DNA of 30,922 nt from a virus (Duplodnaviria > Caudoviricetes), in IMG/VR virus record IMGVR_UViG_3300010268_000085, positions 1 through 30,922 of that record; one strand, written 5' to 3'. Made by a program: the position numbers and the translations under genes. The notes under the pieces were generated by a model. That model was not told where the DNA came from. It did no database searches and saw only the letters and a program-made list of their open reading frames with translations. Each line of letters begins with the position of its first letter. Position 1 is the first letter of the stretch. Below, piece by piece: positions 27,451-30,922 of this stretch.

Positions 27451-27597
27451 TGTTAAGACCTCCTTAGCTAAAGCTTACCTCAAGATTACCTCCTGCGCCA
27501 CCGCCTATCTATAGCGGTGGCACCTAATAATATATGTACGGCCCCTTGCGGGGCCATAGTGAAAGGAGACATATGATGTGGAGGTTTTACCCTGACC

Positions 27598-27674
27598 TGG
27601 CTGACGTGACAAGACCTGGACCTGCGACACCCGGTTCTGGAGGCCGATGTTCTTGCCAGCTGAGCCACACGCCA
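27598..27674 (-). tRNA. Degenerate tRNA-Trp(CCA) / pseudo-tRNA
   Basis: Acceptor TGGCGTG/CACGTCA plus G-CCA, anticodon loop CTCCAGA. The T loop is TCCAGGT and the D and anticodon stems have mismatches. Confidence 0.65.
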
Positions 27675-27677
27675 ATG

Positions 27678-27944
27678 TCATTTGTATGCCCTCTTAATAT
27701 ATTCCTTAACGAACTCAGGAGTGTGTGGTCTTATACAATTACTGCAATCCTTTACTCCGTTGCTTAGGATTGTGTAATCACCACCACATTCATCAAGTTC
27801 GTATAATGGACAGTAACAGAAAATACAGTTAATGTGCTCTACGCCATCATGGCATTTCCTGCATATAGAGCCAGGTTGCTTGTACAAATCTGTGGTAGCC
27901 TCAATTATTCTGTTTATGTGTAAGTCTCTATACTTGTCAAGCAT
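27678..27944 (-). CDS. Cysteine-rich small domain (zf-like) protein
   Basis: CH...[10 protein letters not shown]...CGG...[10 protein letters not shown]. Confidence 0.8.
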   Translation of the reverse strand: MLDKYRDLHINRIIEATTDLYKQPGSICRKCHDGVEHINCIFCYCPLYELDECGGDYTILSNGVKDCSNCIRPHTPEFVKEYIKRAYK

Positions 27945-27953
27945 GACTGCCTC

Positions 27954-28460
27954 CTACCACGATGGATGGAATACTGTCTCGCCATCGACCCATTTTTCTA
28001 TAAACTGCTTTGATAAACCGCCGAGCCTTACCATTTTTTCTATTCTCTTTTTATTATCACTGTAAGAGAGATTCTCCGGTATCAATTTTAATCCTGTGTC
28101 GTTTAGTCCTTTTCTTTGATAGGCAATTTCTATTAGGTCAATTGCATATACTTCTTTTTCTTCATCATACGTGAACTTAAGAATGTCTTTCTTGTCTATG
28201 AAAACAGTTGTATCGTCATTACACATAAAACGTACGCCATCATTAGTGTATGCGTAGATATGACCTACCTCAACGCCAAATGTCTTGTTTATCTTGTCGA
28301 TATCCCAGCGTTTATCCTTCTTCTTTATGATTCTTGCAAACTTCATAAAGGTATCACAAAACATACTCGGATCATCATCAACATCACTTTTTGTAAAGTA
28401 TTCCGTTAACTTGCTATGGGTCGGTTTTGCGCACCTGTAAAGATACATATCAAGTCCCAT
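27954..28460 (-). CDS. Phage hypothetical protein (MGLDMYLY type)
   Basis: N-terminal MGLDMYLY, EIAYQRK, C-terminal SW. Confidence 0.65.
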   Translation of the reverse strand: MGLDMYLYRCAKPTHSKLTEYFTKSDVDDDPSMFCDTFMKFARIIKKKDKRWDIDKINKTFGVEVGHIYAYTNDGVRFMCNDDTTVFIDKKDILKFTYDEEKEVYAIDLIEIAYQRKGLNDTGLKLIPENLSYSDNKKRIEKMVRLGGLSKQFIEKWVDGETVFHPSW

Positions 28461-28485
28461 GTCTATCTTCCTTCCGCAAATGCTA

Positions 28486-28827
28486 TTACCTTTTCGATAT
28501 ATGTACGGAAACCAGTGCTGCGACCATAAGAAGCCCTAGTTTTATATACACTGATTGTACTGTATATACCGAAAAACATATTCCAAGCCACAACAGTGTA
28601 ATTGTAACTACTTTCTTGCCAACCGACATTGTACAGGTCTTATACTCTGTTATGTATTGTCCAAAGATCTTGTGGTTTATAAGCCAGTCGTGAAGGCGTC
28701 TTGAGCTTCTTATGTAGCAGGCAGCAGAAAGAAGCAAGAAAGGAGTTGTCGGTAATATAGGGAGCGCCATGCCGACTGTGCCAAGGATTAAGGATATAGT
28801 TCCTATTATTATTAAAAGTATCCTCAA
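28486..28827 (-). CDS. ybaN: YbaN/DUF454 membrane protein
   Basis: LPILPTTPFLLLSAACY.RSS..LHDWL..HK.FG.YI. Confidence 0.85.
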   Translation of the reverse strand: MRILLIIIGTISLILGTVGMALPILPTTPFLLLSAACYIRSSRRLHDWLINHKIFGQYITEYKTCTMSVGKKVVTITLLWLGICFSVYTVQSVYIKLGLLMVAALVSVHISKR

Positions 28828-28870
28828 TTATATATCACCTTCTTTCTGCTGCCTGTGCTGATATACCCAG

Positions 28871-29104
28871 TTATACTTCAATTTTCTTTCTTCCAACTAT
28901 GACCGGCTCAGGTCTTTTGGAAGCGCATCTTGGGCACATCATAACTTCTTTGGCTATTTCTGTACCAGTCGGGATTTTCTTTACCCTTCCAGTGCGTTCA
29001 TCTATTATTGGAGGGTATGTAACTGTCCTGATTTCTGTTACAACTTTTGTTGCCTTAGTCTTTGGTTTCTGAGGCTTTTTACAGACCTCACAAATGAATG
29101 ACAC
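28871..29104 (-). CDS. Zinc-ribbon hypothetical protein
   Basis: CEVC...GTEIAKE...CPRC. Confidence 0.65.
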   Translation of the reverse strand: MSFICEVCKKPQKPKTKATKVVTEIRTVTYPPIIDERTGRVKKIPTGTEIAKEVMMCPRCASKRPEPVIVGRKKIEV

Positions 29105-29107
29105 TTG

Positions 29108-29281
29108 CTATTCCCCCTTATAAAACTTATATGAATCACATGATAAACATTCGTTGCTATCGGGTTCTCCTGTTATATTATTTAGGTTTTCGCAGTCTGG
29201 AGAACATGGTATACTCACGTCAAGACTGCATGGTTTTTTACACTTAAAGCATGGAGAACCACACCAATTAGGATGAGGCAT
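29108..29281 (-). CDS. Small Cys-rich protein (57 aa, 8 Cys; not in ORF track)
   Basis: RBS GAGGAGG; MPHPNWCGSPCFKCKKPCSLDVSIPCSPDCENLNNITGEPDSNECLSCDSYKFYKGE. Confidence 0.65.
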   Translation of the reverse strand: MPHPNWCGSPCFKCKKPCSLDVSIPCSPDCENLNNITGEPDSNECLSCDSYKFYKGE

Positions 29282-29318
29282 AAGCCTTCCCCTCCTCTCT
29301 CAATACAAATGTATGTAC

Positions 29319-29408
29319 TGCGAGGAAATCTTTGACCAGGGTGCATGTTTGGTGTACAACATGGATTAGCAGTCCACTGTACGAAGTAACCCTGATCACC
29401 ACCTCGCA
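29319..29408 (-). ncRNA. Candidate Y RNA (no tRNA-like domain)
   Basis: ugcgagg-uggugaucaggg-uuacuuc...cccugguca-aagauuu-ccucgca. It shares the terminal helix and GUUACUUCG with the YrlA-like RNA. Confidence 0.65.
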
Positions 29409-29437
29409 CAAAATAGGTAGGAGTGTGCTTTATGTAC

Positions 29438-29495
29438 GACGAGGAAACTGACGACAAAAGCTTTGTCCCAGTGCAACCCTTATCCATACCTCGTC
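29438..29495 (-). ncRNA. Candidate minimal Y-like RNA
   Basis: gacgaggu...ggguugcac...guuuccucguc, with the same terminal GAGGU/UUUCCUC helix. Confidence 0.45.
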
Positions 29496-29523
29496 CTAAC
29501 GAAAGGGGAATATACTGTGATAA

Positions 29524-29597
29524 TGGCTGTGGGGGATGGAATCGAACCATCATTACCAGATCCAAAGTCTGGTGTCCTGCCGTTGAACGACCCTACA
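29524..29597 (-). tRNA. tRNA-Gln(TTG)
   Basis: Cloverleaf; anticodon arm CCAGA-CTTTGGA-TCTGG; GGTTCGATTCC; encoded CCA. Confidence 0.9.
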
Positions 29598-29602
29598 ATA
29601 CA

Positions 29603-29755
29603 AACACGAGGAAATTAGTGTGCACGTATATGACAGATGCTCTACCAGCTGAGCTATATACGGAAACCCGTATAATCGGAATCGAACCGGTGATCCTCTG
29701 CTTGATCTTTTAACCTTCCAAGAGATCGAAGTAACGCGCACTGCCACCTCGTGTT
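29603..29755 (-). ncRNA. yrlA: YrlA-type Y RNA with circularly permuted tRNA-like domain
   Basis: Terminal 9-bp stem aacacgagg/cctcgtgtt. Order is T arm (ccggttcgattccg), loop-closed 7-bp acceptor stem (tatacgg-gttt-ccgtata), D arm (tagctcagctggtagagc), with an open anticodon stem gcaga/tctgt. A Ro60 gene is in the same window. Confidence 0.85.
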
Positions 29756-29814
29756 ATTCTATACTAAAAAGTAGTGTCCTATTAGTTCCATAACCAATTC
29801 ACTATGTGACTTCA

Positions 29815-29892
29815 TGGTAGGAGTGAAGGGACTCGAACCCTCAAAACCTGGTTTCTAAAACCAGTATGTATGCCAAATTCCATCACCCGAGC
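29815..29892 (-). tRNA. tRNA-Leu(TAG)-like, short variable loop, mismatched acceptor stem
   Basis: Anticodon arm CTGGT-TTTAGAA-ACCAG; acceptor GCTCGGG vs CACTCCT pairs at only 3 of 7 positions. Confidence 0.7.
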
Positions 29893-30117
29893 ATAAATAT
29901 TCGCATCCTATAAACCCCCTACTCCATTTGGAGATATGCCTATCTTCCAAGGTCTTACAAACTTAGATGCGTGGAATCAGGGAGGGTTCGCACTTGCCCA
30001 GCGTTGACCCAATTTTAAAACACCCTGATTCAAGTTTTTCATCTGTGTTTCATAGGTTGGCAAGTTTCTAAACAACACCTTACACAGACTTTTAGAGGCA
30101 TATATTAAGGATATGTA

Positions 30118-30195
30118 TGGTGTTCGGGAAGGGATTCGAACCCTCAGAACTCGGATTTTAAGTCCGATACGTATGCCTGATTCCGTCACCCAAAC
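30118..30195 (-). tRNA. tRNA-Leu(TAA), short variable loop
   Basis: Acceptor GTTTGGG/CCCGAAC; TCGGA-CTTAAAA-TCCGA; 5-nt variable region; A-CCA. Confidence 0.85.
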
Positions 30196-30214
30196 ATATA
30201 TTAAAGTTATGTAA

Positions 30215-30301
30215 TGGTGTAGGTGAGTGGAATCGAACCACCTTCGTCCAAAATGGACACGGATTAAAAGTCCGTTGCCTCACCAATAGGCTACACCCCA
30301 C
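30215..30301 (-). tRNA. tRNA-Lys(TTT) with long variable arm
   Basis: ACGGA-CTTTTAA-TCCGT, followed by a GTCCA-TTT-TGGAC variable stem-loop; GGTTCGATTCC; A-CCA; the acceptor needs a bulge to pair. Confidence 0.75.
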
Positions 30302-30351
30302 AATCCTGAACCCTGTATTCAGACTTCTATTGGTTGCTTTCCCAATATGTA

Positions 30352-30735
30352 TGGTGGAGATAATGGGAGTCGAACCCACGTCCACAATGCTTACTCACTG
30401 CAAGTCTTCTTACGCCATAGTCACTGTTTTATACAATTTCCTCAAACCCAGTGACAAGGTTGTAAGGAAATCGGGGTAAATACCCACTTTTGAATGGAGT
30501 TTTCAACCATTGAAAGAATTACTACTTTCCCAATGCTCTCTCATACATACAGGGAAGGAATATCTATTCTTTGACCTCAAGCGTTATCCGATATTCAGGG
30601 AATACTGTTTTGGGTAGCCCTATTAGGCTACAAGTGCTAAACTGTTGTCAGCGTTTATTTTAGGTTGATTTTATAGACTGTTCCTGTCTAGCGGACTTAC
30701 AGTTTTAGGCACCGTGTCGAAACCACTTTATCCCC
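30352..30735 (-). ncRNA. ssrA: tmRNA; tag peptide (A)ADNSLALVA
   Basis: 5' GGGGATAAAGTGGTTTCGAC; resume context ATAAAC-GCT; tag ORF 30652-30623; 3' GACGTGGGTTCGACTCCCATTATCTCCACCA. Confidence 0.92.
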
Positions 30736-30750
30736 ATAATCTTTATGTAA

Positions 30751-30828
30751 TGGCGGAAGGTAAGGGATTTGAACCCAGCAAATGCTGCCTTGAAAGGGTA
30801 GTGTGTTAAGCCACTTCACCAACACGCC
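30751..30828 (-). tRNA. tRNA-Glu(TTC)-like, mismatched acceptor and T stems
   Basis: CTACC-CTTTCAA-GGCAG; acceptor GGCGTGT vs ACCTTCC; T stem CTGGG vs CCCTT. Confidence 0.7.
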
Positions 30829-30836
30829 ATGTTTTT

Positions 30837-30911
30837 TGGTGCAGAAAGAAGGACTCGAATCTCCAGTATCCAGAGTCAAATTCTGGTGTCTTACCCTTAG
30901 ACGATTCCCCA
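30837..30911 (-). tRNA. tRNA-Gln(TTG)-like, mismatched acceptor and T stems
   Basis: CCAGA-ATTTGAC-TCTGG; acceptor TGGGGAA vs TTTCTGC; T stem GGAGA vs CCTTC. Confidence 0.7.
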
Positions 30912-30922
30912 ATATTTTATGG

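Noticed and set aside
29895-30035. 6S RNA
   Set aside because: It folds as two separate hairpins rather than one long rod with a central bubble. Kept only as an unassigned structured RNA.
29215-30912. ORF-track entries overlapping the tRNA, Y RNA and tmRNA region
   Set aside because: They are translations of structured RNA genes, not plausible proteins.

Overview
About 31 kb of what looks like a large tailed phage or prophage of a low-GC Firmicute. The evidence is dense short ORFs, a phage sigma factor, RuvC/Hjc/Cas4-like nucleases, an SNF2 helicase, a dNMP kinase, orphan DNA methyltransferases, a tRNA cluster with tmRNA, and consensus sigma-A promoters. Genes run on + to about 10.2 kb and on - after a bidirectional terminator. 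Four things stand out. (1) A 516-aa protein whose C-terminal ~280 aa hold ~56 Cys in CxC[DN]xxCY repeats lies next to an intein-interrupted radical SAM/SPASM enzyme that carries the same motif in its own tail; this is a candidate large-protein thioether-crosslinking or metal-loading system. (2) A Ro60/TROVE gene is accompanied by a YrlA-type Y RNA and two smaller RNAs sharing its terminal GAGGU/UUUCCUC helix, and the same helix recurs as a hairpin beside the Ro60 ribosome-binding site. (3) There are at least six IS200/IS605 end hairpins, an IscB tail, an orphan omega-RNA-like element, and a probable non-autonomous element carrying an adenine methyltransferase. (4) Several tRNAs have mismatched acceptor strands or swapped variable-arm classes. 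All calls come from reading motifs by eye; no database searches were run.
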